Below are positions 9,716-18,078 of a DNA stretch of 61,080 nucleotides, one piece after another. Origin of the DNA: a virus (lineage: Duplodnaviria; Heunggongvirae; Uroviricota; Caudoviricetes). The translations under genes and the position numbers were made by a program. The DNA lies in IMG/VR virus record IMGVR_UViG_3300037067_005176, positions 1-61,080 of that record. One strand, written 5' to 3'. Under the pieces are notes generated by a model, which was not told where the DNA came from, made no database searches, and saw nothing but the letters and a program-made list of their open reading frames with translations. Every line of letters begins with the position of its first letter. Positions within the stretch are counted from its first letter, which is position 1.

Positions 9716-10906
9716 TTACCATTGTTTTTGATTTTTGTCTGATTCATCTTCGCCATTAAGAACGGAGATGTACTTGTTCACAATCTTTTCATTTGCGCTA
9801 AGGATCATTCCCGGCCAAGTCTTTCCATTTTCATGGGCGTCCTTCATCTTGTTTATGAAAGAAGCCATTATTTCCTCATTTAGGCATTCAAGATACTTTT
9901 GAATTGAGTGAGCATACTTATCAAGCAACGGTTTCTGAGTTGCCATAAGCTTTTCATTTTCTATGATAAAGAACTCCAATTGATTATTCATCTGAAGTTG
10001 TTCTTGAACATTCAACATTTTAATTTTAGTCGCAGATTCAGATTTCCAATCAGTCATCATAACGCCGATGTGAATTCCTCGGCCTTTTGTACGAACATAA
10101 TTGCAAAAAGCCGACGCTGCATGGACACCAACGATTCCCGCAACCATTTCCTTAAGTAACCCAGCCCCAGCATCGCTCTCAATCCAGAATTGATCATCAG
10201 CTTTTACTGCATTGTTTATAATTTGAGATACACGATCCCAAGAGCGACGGGAAGGAAGCACAGCACCGGCTTTATACTTCTTCAAGATTTCCTTTGAAGA
10301 TACATTGTAAGGATCTAAGAATTCACGATTTTCCATAATGAATCCAATAACCAAACTGTTTACCCCGGTCTTCCATGCCCAGTCAGACCACTCTTCTGGA
10401 GTAGGATCAAGAGTATATACATTCCAACGGTCAAGCCAAGCTGGATCAGGCTCTTCAACTTGATAAAATCCATCATCAATAGGATTCCATGCACCAACAA
10501 TACGTGTATTTGCTGGAAGTTGCATACCATTTAATTTTCGATTTAAAAGCATGTCCATTAAGCATTGAGAAATTTCAGGTTTACCACGGTTTGCTTCATC
10601 CAAGAAAATACAAATTTTTTCTTGTGGATCGCGTGGCCACCATTTAGGTGGCGCAAAAGTTGTAATTTTTGCAACATATTCTTCGCCATCTTCATTCGTA
10701 AAAATAGCATCAACCTTATCAGGAAGGCCAATCAAATCACCGGCATCACTTGCTTGTCCAACAAATAAATAAATTATTCGATAACCAAGCTCCTTAAATA
10801 CTTGACCAACAATTTCAGATTTACCAATACCGTGTTTTCCTTCAATGCCAATGGCTTGAGTTACAGGTGTTCTTTCAATCGTCTTTTTAAGAGTACGTAT
10901 ATCCAT
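9716..10906 (-). CDS. MoxR-like AAA+ ATPase
   Basis: GKHGIGKS, IFLDEANR, DPAWLDRW. Confidence 0.9.
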   Translation of the reverse strand: MDIRTLKKTIERTPVTQAIGIEGKHGIGKSEIVGQVFKELGYRIIYLFVGQASDAGDLIGLPDKVDAIFTNEDGEEYVAKITTFAPPKWWPRDPQEKICIFLDEANRGKPEISQCLMDMLLNRKLNGMQLPANTRIVGAWNPIDDGFYQVEEPDPAWLDRWNVYTLDPTPEEWSDWAWKTGVNSLVIGFIMENREFLDPYNVSSKEILKKYKAGAVLPSRRSWDRVSQIINNAVKADDQFWIESDAGAGLLKEMVAGIVGVHAASAFCNYVRTKGRGIHIGVMMTDWKSESATKIKMLNVQEQLQMNNQLEFFIIENEKLMATQKPLLDKYAHSIQKYLECLNEEIMASFINKMKDAHENGKTWPGMILSANEKIVNKYISVLNGEDESDKNQKQW

Positions 10907-10955
10907 TTTATTTCTCCAGTTGTTTATTTGTTAGATTATTTGGATTCATATTAAG

Positions 10956-11213
10956 TTATATAATTATATCTTCTTTGATATCTTCAAAATCTTTGCTTTC
11001 AACGGCGCCGATCATTAATTCATATTGTTTATTTTCAGTTTCATTATTTGTGTTAAAAAGATGCCAATGATTATTTGGATAAAGCATTGCGTAAATAGTA
11101 TCACCTGGTTTAATATGAACCTTTTTTACATCAAATGTTTTAAGTGATTTCACTTTACAATAACAAAAGTTTTGACGATCTGAAATTTTCATTAATCTCA
11201 TTATATATCTCAA
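10956..11213 (-). CDS. Hypothetical protein
   Basis: 85 aa ORF behind a promoter. Confidence 0.4.
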   Translation of the reverse strand: MRYIMRLMKISDRQNFCYCKVKSLKTFDVKKVHIKPGDTIYAMLYPNNHWHLFNTNNETENKQYELMIGAVESKDFEDIKEDIII

Positions 11214-11225
11214 TTAAAAGTAAAA

Positions 11226-11255
11226 CAAAAATAATAAAATATCCAAATTTGTCAA
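11226..11255 (-). promoter_or_regulatory. Early promoter TTGACA-N16-TATTTTTG
   Basis: Direct motif match. Confidence 0.55.
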
Positions 11256-11270
11256 TAAGTTATTAGAATT

Positions 11271-11561
11271 TTAAATATTTATCACACGGATTTCTTCAGA
11301 GAACTTTATCTTATACATACACAAAAGTTTTAAAGTCTCATTCGTGCTTTCAATAACAGCTTTACTGTTTTTAGCACATATTTCACTAACCGTATCACTG
11401 ATATTTCCAGACCACACAATAATAGACCAACCATCAACAAAATTCTTTAAGAATAATTTCGCTTTCTTTGTCTCGGTATGGAAAATCATATCGAGCTTCA
11501 TGCCATCAAAAGACTTAGGAGGTTCGTTCTTATAATTCATGGGATTTATTTCGTTAGACAT
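11271..11561 (-). CDS. Hypothetical protein
   Basis: Start overlaps upstream stop. Confidence 0.5.
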   Translation of the reverse strand: MSNEINPMNYKNEPPKSFDGMKLDMIFHTETKKAKLFLKNFVDGWSIIVWSGNISDTVSEICAKNSKAVIESTNETLKLLCMYKIKFSEEIRVINI

Positions 11562-11878
11562 TATTTGTCTCCTTTTTTAGAGTTTTCGTTCTTTTCAAAC
11601 TTAAATTCATCATTAGTCCAAATAGGATTGCCAATGTTACAAATTGCAGCCTTCATGAAAGTCATGTGTTTACAAATTGCTTCACATTCGGTTTCGACTG
11701 AACTATGCGGACCAGTTTCGAAAAGTTGAACAACATTTTCAAGAGTTAAAGTATTTTTGGTTTCTTCAATAAAATTCCCAGTCCAAATATAATTGGGACC
11801 GAACACCGCGCAGCGCTTTCCATGCCACATTTTGTTTTCGTTACTTGAATACCACCATTTTATCAGTCTTTTAATCAT
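11561..11878 (-). CDS. Hypothetical protein
   Basis: 105 aa ORF with SD. Confidence 0.5.
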   Translation of the reverse strand: MIKRLIKWWYSSNENKMWHGKRCAVFGPNYIWTGNFIEETKNTLTLENVVQLFETGPHSSVETECEAICKHMTFMKAAICNIGNPIWTNDEFKFEKNENSKKGDK

Positions 11879-11911
11879 GTAGTTCCTTTTGAGATATTAA
11901 AAACTTCAAAA

Positions 11912-11941
11912 CAAATATAATTAAAATTTTTAAATTGTAAA
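11912..11941 (-). promoter_or_regulatory. Early promoter TTTACA-N16-TATATTTG
   Basis: Direct motif match. Confidence 0.55.
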
Positions 11942-11966
11942 TGGTAAATAAAAATAATTTTAAAAA

Positions 11967-12236
11967 TTAGTAAGGAGTTCCTTTTGGGTCGGAAATAATG
12001 CGAGCAATCTGATCATTTGTTTTTCCACGTTTCCAATATCCATTTGAGCGCGGATCATTCTTATAAATATCAGGTCCTAAACCAATACTAATATATTGTC
12101 TTTTAAGTTTGCCGCCGCATTCGCATGGATCCTTTAACGATCCATCTTTAGTTGTTATTTGTCCTATATTCGCATGTGAACAAAACATCTCCAAATCTTT
12201 ACCACAATCTTTGCACTTAAAATTATAAAATGGCAC
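11967..12236 (-). CDS. FmdB-family zinc ribbon protein
   Basis: MPFYNFKCKDCG...CECGGKLKR. Confidence 0.8.
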   Translation of the reverse strand: MPFYNFKCKDCGKDLEMFCSHANIGQITTKDGSLKDPCECGGKLKRQYISIGLGPDIYKNDPRSNGYWKRGKTNDQIARIISDPKGTPY

Positions 12237-12595
12237 TATTTTACCTCTTCAAACATTTTGTTAACTTCTTCTAATTTATATACAAGGTGACCTCTAGTGA
12301 ATCTTTTCTTTCCTTTAGTATCAAGAATTTCAATCTTACCAGGAATATGATAGAAATAAGGATTCTTATGATAATCACGTTGTTCAAGCCGTCCTTCAAT
12401 AATCTTTGTTATAACTCCAAATCGCATGAATGGCCAGTGATAAGATGTTGTTACATAAACAATCTTATCACCCACTTCTAAATCACTTCCAACTTTACTT
12501 TTCATTTTAATGTCTCCACAATCATTTGAATAATGATATGATAAATTGAGCATCCGAATTATCTGGTAAGTTCTCAGGTGTTCTGGATGTTTCAA
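12236..12595 (-). CDS. Hypothetical protein
   Basis: ORF; true start probably MKSKVG. Confidence 0.45.
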   Translation of the reverse strand: MKHPEHLRTYQIIRMLNLSYHYSNDCGDIKMKSKVGSDLEVGDKIVYVTTSYHWPFMRFGVITKIIEGRLEQRDYHKNPYFYHIPGKIEILDTKGKKRFTRGHLVYKLEEVNKMFEEVK

Positions 12596-12899
12596 TTTCT
12601 TTTATTTCTTTAACCTTCTCAACATCTTTCTTTTGGAATGCAGAAAGCCCTTTTGGCTTTTCGGAAGGTTCTTTCTTCTTGCCCAACTTCTGCTTGAAGA
12701 TATCATCAACAATCTCAGCATCAGTTTTTGTTTCGATTGGCTTTCGTTTAGCATTCTTTAAAAACATCTTATCGTAAACCGATGCAAATAAAGGAGAGTC
12801 GCCGCGTTCAATCATTTCGGAATCAATAATCACAGGTTCGGTTTTTATACGAATCTCATATTCTTCAATTGTGTCAGCACCGAAAAATGGATAATACAT
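12522..12899 (-). CDS. Hypothetical protein
   Basis: 125 aa ORF with SD AGGAG. Confidence 0.5.
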   Translation of the reverse strand: MYYPFFGADTIEEYEIRIKTEPVIIDSEMIERGDSPLFASVYDKMFLKNAKRKPIETKTDAEIVDDIFKQKLGKKKEPSEKPKGLSAFQKKDVEKVKEIKEIETSRTPENLPDNSDAQFIISLFK

Positions 12900-12908
12900 T
12901 TAAACTCC

Positions 12909-13259
12909 TTAGTTCCACATTTCACCATAAAGAAGACTGACAAATTTAATGAATGTCCCATCTTCTCTAATCTTGAGTAAACCTTTCCAAATTGGTTTTT
13001 TGTAAGTTGAATCGCGTCTTTCAATTTCAGTGACAAACTCACGAATCTTTGTTACATCAGGATGAGCTTTCAATGACATGCCATGTATATCGCTAACTAT
13101 TTCGATAAGCTTTTCATCAATGACTTTTATGCTTTCTTCATCAGATGAATCAACGCCGAAGTATTCTGCGAGTTCAGTCCAATCACAGCCTTCAAAAACA
13201 AAATCTTTATTTCCGTGTTGTTTCATGATACACCCATCCAATCTAAAAATGAAGTCCAT
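12909..13259 (-). CDS. Hypothetical protein
   Basis: ORF coupled to the HNH gene. Confidence 0.5.
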   Translation of the reverse strand: MDFIFRLDGCIMKQHGNKDFVFEGCDWTELAEYFGVDSSDEESIKVIDEKLIEIVSDIHGMSLKAHPDVTKIREFVTEIERRDSTYKKPIWKGLLKIREDGTFIKFVSLLYGEMWN

Positions 13260-13810
13260 TGTTTTGGTATAACCTTGTCTACTTTTCTAAGAATGCGGGC
13301 GCGGCATTGCATACCTGGAGAGATTTCGTTATAAACAGGTTTAGGAGATTTTAAAAGCTTCATTCCAGATTCTTTTAATGTCTTGTCTGCTTTCTTTGCA
13401 TTACATGAATTACAAGCACATACAATATTAGTCCACGTAGTTTTACCTTTAAGCTTTCTAGGAACGATATGATCCCAGTGCATATCAATTAGCTTAATTT
13501 TTGAACCACAATATTGGCAGCATCCGCCATCGCGTTCCCAAATATTCTTTCTTGTGAATGGCGCATAAAGCTTTATATTCTTCCTTGAAGGTGCTAAATA
13601 ATGAGTGATTCTTATAACAGCTGGTCTAGAAAATGCATCGCTGCCCGAGTGTACCATGTCATCATAGCACTCAACTATATCAATATGATATTCTCCTTTT
13701 CTGCCAATTGAATCAAAGATACTTGACTTAACCATCATTTTGAAAGCTTTTTTCATGCTAACAACATTGACTGGCATATAAGCATCATTTAAAATCAAAA
13801 CATTTTTCAT
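13223..13810 (-). CDS. HNH endonuclease (HNH_5/McrA-like)
   Basis: RDGGCCQYCG, DHIVPR, WTNIVCACNSCNAKK. Confidence 0.9.
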   Translation of the reverse strand: MKNVLILNDAYMPVNVVSMKKAFKMMVKSSIFDSIGRKGEYHIDIVECYDDMVHSGSDAFSRPAVIRITHYLAPSRKNIKLYAPFTRKNIWERDGGCCQYCGSKIKLIDMHWDHIVPRKLKGKTTWTNIVCACNSCNAKKADKTLKESGMKLLKSPKPVYNEISPGMQCRARILRKVDKVIPKQWTSFLDWMGVS

Positions 13811-13879
13811 ATAACCTCAGTTTGAATTTCAAATATAATAAATTTTGAAAAATGTAAATAGAAATATAAAAACAAAATA

Positions 13880-13907
13880 AAAAAAGGAGGTTCTTGCGAA
13901 CCTCCTT
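13880..13907 (-). terminator. Intrinsic terminator at end of tRNA operon
   Basis: AAGGAGGTTC/GAACCTCCTT hairpin plus U-run. Confidence 0.65.
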
Positions 13908-13947
13908 AAACCTTCTTACTCATCCATCGTTGAAGATTTACATTTTC

Positions 13948-14175
13948 TTAGTGAGCACTCAAATTATCGAGAAGCTTACCAACATGATCAAGAGCGTCCA
14001 CATATCCAGACTTATAAGCCTTTTCTTGTTGCAAATGTATCCCAGCTTTTCCTTCAACAACATTTTTGCTCTCAACTTGGGCTTTGCGATTTAAAACCCA
14101 TTGTGAAGCCTGCTTCAAACGGTTAAATGTTGTTTCGCTTCCACCCATAGAAATTCCAATATTATCTTTAGTCAT
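13948..14175 (-). CDS. Hypothetical protein
   Basis: 75 aa ORF with SD AAGGAG. Confidence 0.55.
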   Translation of the reverse strand: MTKDNIGISMGGSETTFNRLKQASQWVLNRKAQVESKNVVEGKAGIHLQQEKAYKSGYVDALDHVGKLLDNLSAH

Positions 14176-14239
14176 AAATACTCCTTCAATTCAATGTTTA
14201 CAAAGACCAACTGTTCCTTGTGTAATTTATTTATATGAA

Positions 14240-14327
14240 CGGAGACGGAAGGATTTGAACCTTCACTCCAACTTAATGGGCGCGGTTTTCCAAACAGGAT
14301 GCGATACCATTACACATTTACATCTCC
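14240..14327 (-). tRNA. tRNA-Ser(GGA), anticodon stem mismatched
   Basis: Cloverleaf with long variable arm, loop TTGGAAA. Confidence 0.6.
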
Positions 14328-14331
14328 ATAG

Positions 14332-14416
14332 CGGAAAGTGCCGGAATCGAACCGGCGAGCCTTTTACAGCCGACTGTTTAGCAAACAGCTTGGTCCTCCA
14401 ACAGACCCAACTTTCC
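14332..14416 (-). tRNA. tRNA-Ser(GCT)
   Basis: GCTGT-TTGCTAA-ACAGT, GGTTCGATTCC. Confidence 0.85.
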
Positions 14417-14420
14417 TTAA

Positions 14421-14492
14421 TACCCAGAGCAGGAATTGCACCTACATCACAGAGTTCGTTACTCCACATTCTATTTATTGAACTATCCGGGC
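14421..14492 (-). tRNA. Degenerate tRNA-Arg(ACG)
   Basis: Loop TAACGAA lacks U33; T-loop TGCAATT. Confidence 0.45.
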
Positions 14493-14495
14493 TTC

Positions 14496-14566
14496 AACCG
14501 CAACTCAGAATCGCACTGATGTCTCAATCATACAAGATCGCATAATAACTTTTATACTAGTGCGGC
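14496..14566 (-). tRNA. Degenerate tRNA-Thr(TGT)-like
   Basis: Acceptor GCCGCAC/TTGCGGT, loop CTTGTAT, altered T-loop. Confidence 0.4.
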
Positions 14567-14575
14567 GTATTTTAA

Positions 14576-14646
14576 AGCCTAAGGAGGGAGTTGAGCCCAC
14601 GTTTCTTGTTTACGAAACAAGTGTACTACCGTTGTACTACTCAGGC
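14576..14646 (-). tRNA. tRNA-Thr(CGT)
   Basis: CTTGT-TTCGTAA-ACAAG. Confidence 0.7.
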
Positions 14647-14816
14647 ATATTCAAACTATTTATAAAATAAAACTAATCACTTTTATTAAACCGATAATAA
14701 AAATTGAAAAAATCACTATCGCCGTCGTTATAGCAGGAACACCGAATATAATCCGATCTTCCCACTTACCAAATATGTAATCATGTCCAAAAAAGCTCAT
14801 AACTATCTCCAATTTA

Positions 14817-14889
14817 TCGCCGCAGTAGAATTTGAACCTACATGCAGAGTTTCCTAAACTCTGCATCTATCCTGTTAAATTATACAGCG
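14817..14889 (-). tRNA. tRNA-Pro(AGG)-like, atypical
   Basis: CGCTGTA/TGCGGCG acceptor, AGAGT-TTAGGAA-ACTCT, GGTTCAAATTC. Confidence 0.45.
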
Positions 14890-14894
14890 GAAAC

Positions 14895-15080
14895 TTGAAT
14901 GACTTTTCAGATTACAACATCTAACGCAGGAAGAATGTTGATAAACGAATATTGATAAAATAATGAAGATAAAAAAGCGTTAAGAATGTTGAAACATAAT
15001 CTTTATCGGTCAAGCATTTTTGTTGTTTTCCGTTAGGAAAACAGGTACGAGAGCATGTGTTCTCTTACTCAGTCATTCAA
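14895..15080 (-). ncRNA. Putative structured RNA with pyrimidine-rich TCAAYATTC repeats
   Basis: 10-bp perfect terminal stem TTGAATGACT/AGTCATTCAA, internal hairpins, begins 1 nt after the stop of the upstream gene. Confidence 0.6.
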
Positions 15081-15081
15081 A

Positions 15082-15567
15082 TTAAAAACTAACTTCGATC
15101 TTTGTGTTGCCATTGAACTCTTCAACAGTATCAAGCAATTTCTCAAGACTTAGTTCAGCAGTCTTGATATGCTTCTGAATCTCTTCGTAGGAAACTTGAA
15201 CATTCACTTCAGCATAAGTAACAGTGTTTGTTCTGTAATCAGTATTCTCACGAGTTGTTGTATCCGTTGGGATTGATCTCAAGAAAGAAATCAAGGACTT
15301 AGCCTCTTCAATCTTTACAAGAGTTGAATAGATCGACTTGTCACCTTTTGCACCAGCATTCGCATTTACAATTGCGGTTTTCAATTCAATCAAGTCGCTT
15401 TTCTTCTTTGTGTATTCAAGAAGCTTGTTCTGAACGTCAATCTTTTCAGAGATTGAATTACGTCCAGCATCATATTGATTATGATGGATGATCTCATTAC
15501 CCAATGTGGAAATTTCACCAACTAACTTATTCTTCAAGTTGAGAGCCTTTCTCAAAGTAATATTCAT
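15082..15567 (-). CDS. Coiled-coil protein resembling DIP1984 family
   Basis: TLRKALNLKNKL...LIELKTAIVNAN...VEEFNGNTKIEV pattern; SD GAGG before MNITL. Confidence 0.55.
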   Translation of the reverse strand: MNITLRKALNLKNKLVGEISTLGNEIIHHNQYDAGRNSISEKIDVQNKLLEYTKKKSDLIELKTAIVNANAGAKGDKSIYSTLVKIEEAKSLISFLRSIPTDTTTRENTDYRTNTVTYAEVNVQVSYEEIQKHIKTAELSLEKLLDTVEEFNGNTKIEVSF

Positions 15568-15749
15568 ACAAACCTCATTTATAGGAAATAGGTCTCTTGC
15601 CATATTTCTCAAGTTGTTTATTCAATTTTTCAATTTCTTTTTTACGATCTTTACGGGCTTTTACCGTATTGTAAACGAATAGAATTGCTGTTACACAAGT
15701 TATCGCAATGATTGCATTTATAAGTAAACTCATTCTATCCTTTAATATA

Positions 15750-15823
15750 AAGCGGGGGTTGGATTCGAACCAACGACACCTGAGCTTATGAGGCTCGGAA
15801 GCTGACCACTGTTACACCACGCA
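15750..15823 (-). tRNA. tRNA(CAT), Met/fMet-like
   Basis: Loop CTCATAA, unpaired 1:72. Confidence 0.7.
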
Positions 15824-15836
15824 ATTTCTAACTTAG

Positions 15837-15913
15837 TCGTGGAGGTGGGACTCGAACCCACACATAGAACCTTATAAGAGCCCCTGCCTGATACCATCGG
15901 CTATTGCTCCACG
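15837..15913 (-). tRNA. tRNA-Ile(TAT)
   Basis: GGGCT-CTTATAA-GGTTC; 3 extra nt between acceptor and D arm. Confidence 0.65.
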
Positions 15914-15949
15914 ATAATTTAATTTCTAGTAATCAATTGTTCATCATAA

Positions 15950-16023
15950 TAGCGCGTGTAGGAGTCGAACCTACAACAATTCGGGTAGAAGCCGAGTACT
16001 CTGTCCAATTGAGTTAACGCGCC
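15950..16023 (-). tRNA. tRNA-Arg(TCT)
   Basis: TCGG-CTTCTAC-CCGA. Confidence 0.85.
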
Positions 16024-16028
16024 GTAAA

Positions 16029-16301
16029 TTACTTCCGCATATACTTGTGATCATAGTTTTCTGAATTTTTATCAAGATATTGTTTACCATCTTTAATAAA
16101 ATCATAAACATTTGATACCTCTTCAAGCTTATTAATTAAAATTATTTCTTCCAAATTATTTGTTATTAACGCATCACCAATAAATCTTTTGTTTTTTCTT
16201 CTAAACTTTTTATTAGCAATGCTTTTATCTTCGCTCTCACCATTTCTTAAGCCACTTTTTGTGATTGAAATGATTGGCGTGTATCGGCTTGACCTTGTCA
16301 T
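16029..16301 (-). CDS. Small basic hypothetical protein
   Basis: MTRSSRYTPI...EDKSIANKKFRRK; preceded by its own promoter at 16325-16354. Confidence 0.6.
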   Translation of the reverse strand: MTRSSRYTPIISITKSGLRNGESEDKSIANKKFRRKNKRFIGDALITNNLEEIILINKLEEVSNVYDFIKDGKQYLDKNSENYDHKYMRK

Positions 16302-16324
16302 TTTAATTCCTTAAACAATTAAAA

Positions 16325-16354
16325 CAAATATAATTAAATTTCCAGTTTTGTCAA
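16325..16354 (-). promoter_or_regulatory. Early promoter TTGACA-N16-TATATTTG
   Basis: Direct motif match. Confidence 0.6.
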
Positions 16355-16378
16355 TTTTAAATTTAATTTTTTTAAAAA

Positions 16379-16451
16379 TACCTTTGAAGAGATTCGAACT
16401 CTTACTTTATGGCGTTAGAAGACATTGACTCTGCCTTTGGTCTACAAAGGC
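16379..16451 (-). tRNA. Putative amber suppressor tRNA (CTA)
   Basis: GCCTTTG acceptor, stem ATGTC/GCCAT (one mismatch), loop TTCTAAC giving anticodon CUA, T-arm AAGAG-TTCGAAT-CTCTT. Confidence 0.6.
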
Positions 16452-16455
16452 ATAA

Positions 16456-16526
16456 TGGGCATACACAGAGTCGAACTGTGATCCGATGCTTAAAAGGCAC
16501 CTAGTCTACCATTGACATATACACCC
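16456..16526 (-). tRNA. tRNA-Lys(TTT)
   Basis: GGTGC-CTTTTAA-GCATC. Confidence 0.85.
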
Positions 16527-16529
16527 GTA

Positions 16530-16602
16530 AGCAGAATGTGGGAATCGAACCCGCCTCATCAGATTGGAAGTCTGAGATAATAAGCCACTATATGAATTCC
16601 GC
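16530..16602 (-). tRNA. tRNA-Gly(TCC)
   Basis: TCAGA-CTTCCAA-TCTGA. Confidence 0.85.
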
Positions 16603-16611
16603 ATAAACTTA

Positions 16612-16712
16612 GAGAACCCCCTAGTGAAGGCCGAAGTTTCAATTCAACCATCCTGGAGAAATCCCGGCAAGGACTTAGCTTTTAAACGATTGCCGTCGTT
16701 GTAAGCGTTCTC
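16612..16712 (-). ncRNA. Unidentified multi-stem RNA with loop-loop pairing
   Basis: Closing stem GAGAAC/GTTCTC; hairpin loops CGGCAA and TTGCCG are complementary. Confidence 0.55.
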
Positions 16713-16735
16713 AGTTTCTTTGTTTTATAACTTAG

Positions 16736-16807
16736 TGGAGCGTAAGGGAATCGAACCCTTATAATCTGCGTGCAAGGCAAATGTAATAGCCATTATACGA
16801 ACACCCC
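16736..16807 (-). tRNA. tRNA-Ala(TGC)
   Basis: TTTGC-CTTGCAC-GCAGA, G3:U70. Confidence 0.85.
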
Positions 16808-16825
16808 ATATTCTATTTATCTTAG

Positions 16826-16898
16826 TACTCGGTGAAGGAGACGATCCTTCCTCTCAGCTTTATCAGAGCCACGTAATCTACCCATATACTAACCGAGC
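16826..16898 (-). tRNA. tRNA-Ile(GAT)
   Basis: TGGCT-CTGATAA-AGCTG. Confidence 0.75.
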
Positions 16899-17033
16899 AT
16901 AATATTATAACAAGAACGTTTTTACTCAACTACAATTATCCTAGTGTATAAACGGCCTGCTTGCAACCAGGAGTTTCAGGAATGAACTTTACAGATGATC
17001 TTTCTGAGATACCATTCATCTTTCTTGTTATTA

Positions 17034-17106
17034 TCAGCCTATCCGGATTTGAACCGAAACCGCCTCGCCCCAAACGAGCCATGCAACCAGATAACACTTT
17101 AGGCTG
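17034..17106 (-). tRNA. tRNA-Pro(TGG)
   Basis: CTCG-TTTGGGG-CGAG. Confidence 0.8.
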
Positions 17107-17119
17107 TTAAATTTTAATA

Positions 17120-17202
17120 AGGAAAGTGAAGGAATCGAACCCTCGACTGTTACATCGGCGACGGTGTTCAAAACCGTTTGCTAACCTTTAGCGCCACCTT
17201 CC
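17120..17202 (-). tRNA. tRNA-Ser(TGA)
   Basis: ACGGT-TTTGAAC-ACCGT, long variable arm. Confidence 0.85.
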
Positions 17203-17205
17203 ATA

Positions 17206-17277
17206 AGTCGTATGTAGGAATCGAACCAACTCATAACAGTTTTGCAGACTGCGGCATTCCCACTTTGCTAATACGAC
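17206..17277 (-). tRNA. tRNA-Cys(GCA)
   Basis: GCAGT-CTGCAAA-ACTGT, U73. Confidence 0.85.
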
Positions 17278-17367
17278 ATAAACATAAATAATACTGCGTT
17301 CTCTGTGCTCATCATTGACGCCTGACGGATGCTTTTAACTAGCAGGAGCTCTCGTATTATTTATTAG

Positions 17368-17443
17368 TGCAAGGTCTGAGAATCGAACTCAGTTCTTTGG
17401 ATTTTCAGTCCAACGCTTGAATCACCAGACTAGCTCACCTTGC
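17368..17443 (-). tRNA. tRNA-Phe(GAA), 5' end overlaps endonuclease ORF
   Basis: TTGGA-CTGAAAA-TCCAA. Confidence 0.85.
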
Positions 17444-18063
17444 ATGACTTTATCATACTCATTCTTTTCAATCAAAATGATTTTTATGTTAGGATGTTGA
17501 TCCATAACAGCTTTCATTTTTGCTTTATCATTTCCCCACCAATATCCTTTTATTTCAAGGTATAAATCATATGTAGGAAGATATAAATCAGGAGTATAAT
17601 GTTTATTTTTACCATCAAGTTCATATTGAATAACATCTTTGTGAACTTTAGGTTTAATCCATTCAATATTCAATTCATCAAGTTTCTTTGCAACATTTAA
17701 TTCCCAAGTACCTTGAAGCTTTTGTCCTTTATAGTCAAACCATTTGCATTTACCGCCTCTATTATGAAGACTTTGTTCAATGCTAAGTTTGTCTCTTGCA
17801 ATATCACCCATTTTACTTGGTATAAAAGTCCCATTTAAAATTTTACTTTGGATAATTTCCGAATTCTTTTTAGCAATGTTTTTAATGACATCGGACGTAT
17901 CTTTTGTTTGTCCTTTCCAATGACTTGTATAACCTCGACTAACAGTTTTCAACTTATGCAGATTGCCTTCTTCTGTATGAGCTCTCCATTTGTGAGCTAA
18001 CAACGATTTAGTGCTTTTACATTCCTTGTTACATATTTCACATAATATCATTGATTTCTCCAT
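17422..18063 (-). CDS. PD-(D/E)XK putative homing endonuclease with N-terminal C2H2 finger
   Basis: CEIC...HKWRAH; GTWE, YTPDLYL, YLEIKGYW; late promoter TATAAATA at 18071-18078. Confidence 0.8.
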   Translation of the reverse strand: MEKSMILCEICNKECKSTKSLLAHKWRAHTEEGNLHKLKTVSRGYTSHWKGQTKDTSDVIKNIAKKNSEIIQSKILNGTFIPSKMGDIARDKLSIEQSLHNRGGKCKWFDYKGQKLQGTWELNVAKKLDELNIEWIKPKVHKDVIQYELDGKNKHYTPDLYLPTYDLYLEIKGYWWGNDKAKMKAVMDQHPNIKIILIEKNEYDKVMQGELVW

Positions 18064-18078
18064 TTTATTATATTTATA

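Noticed and set aside
14066-14545. ORFs 14066-14545(+) and 14263-14469(-)
   Set aside because: They overlap tRNA genes; shadow ORFs
14895-15080. CRISPR-like mini array
   Set aside because: Repeats are only about 9 nt with irregular short spacing; no CRISPR array was seen anywhere in the window
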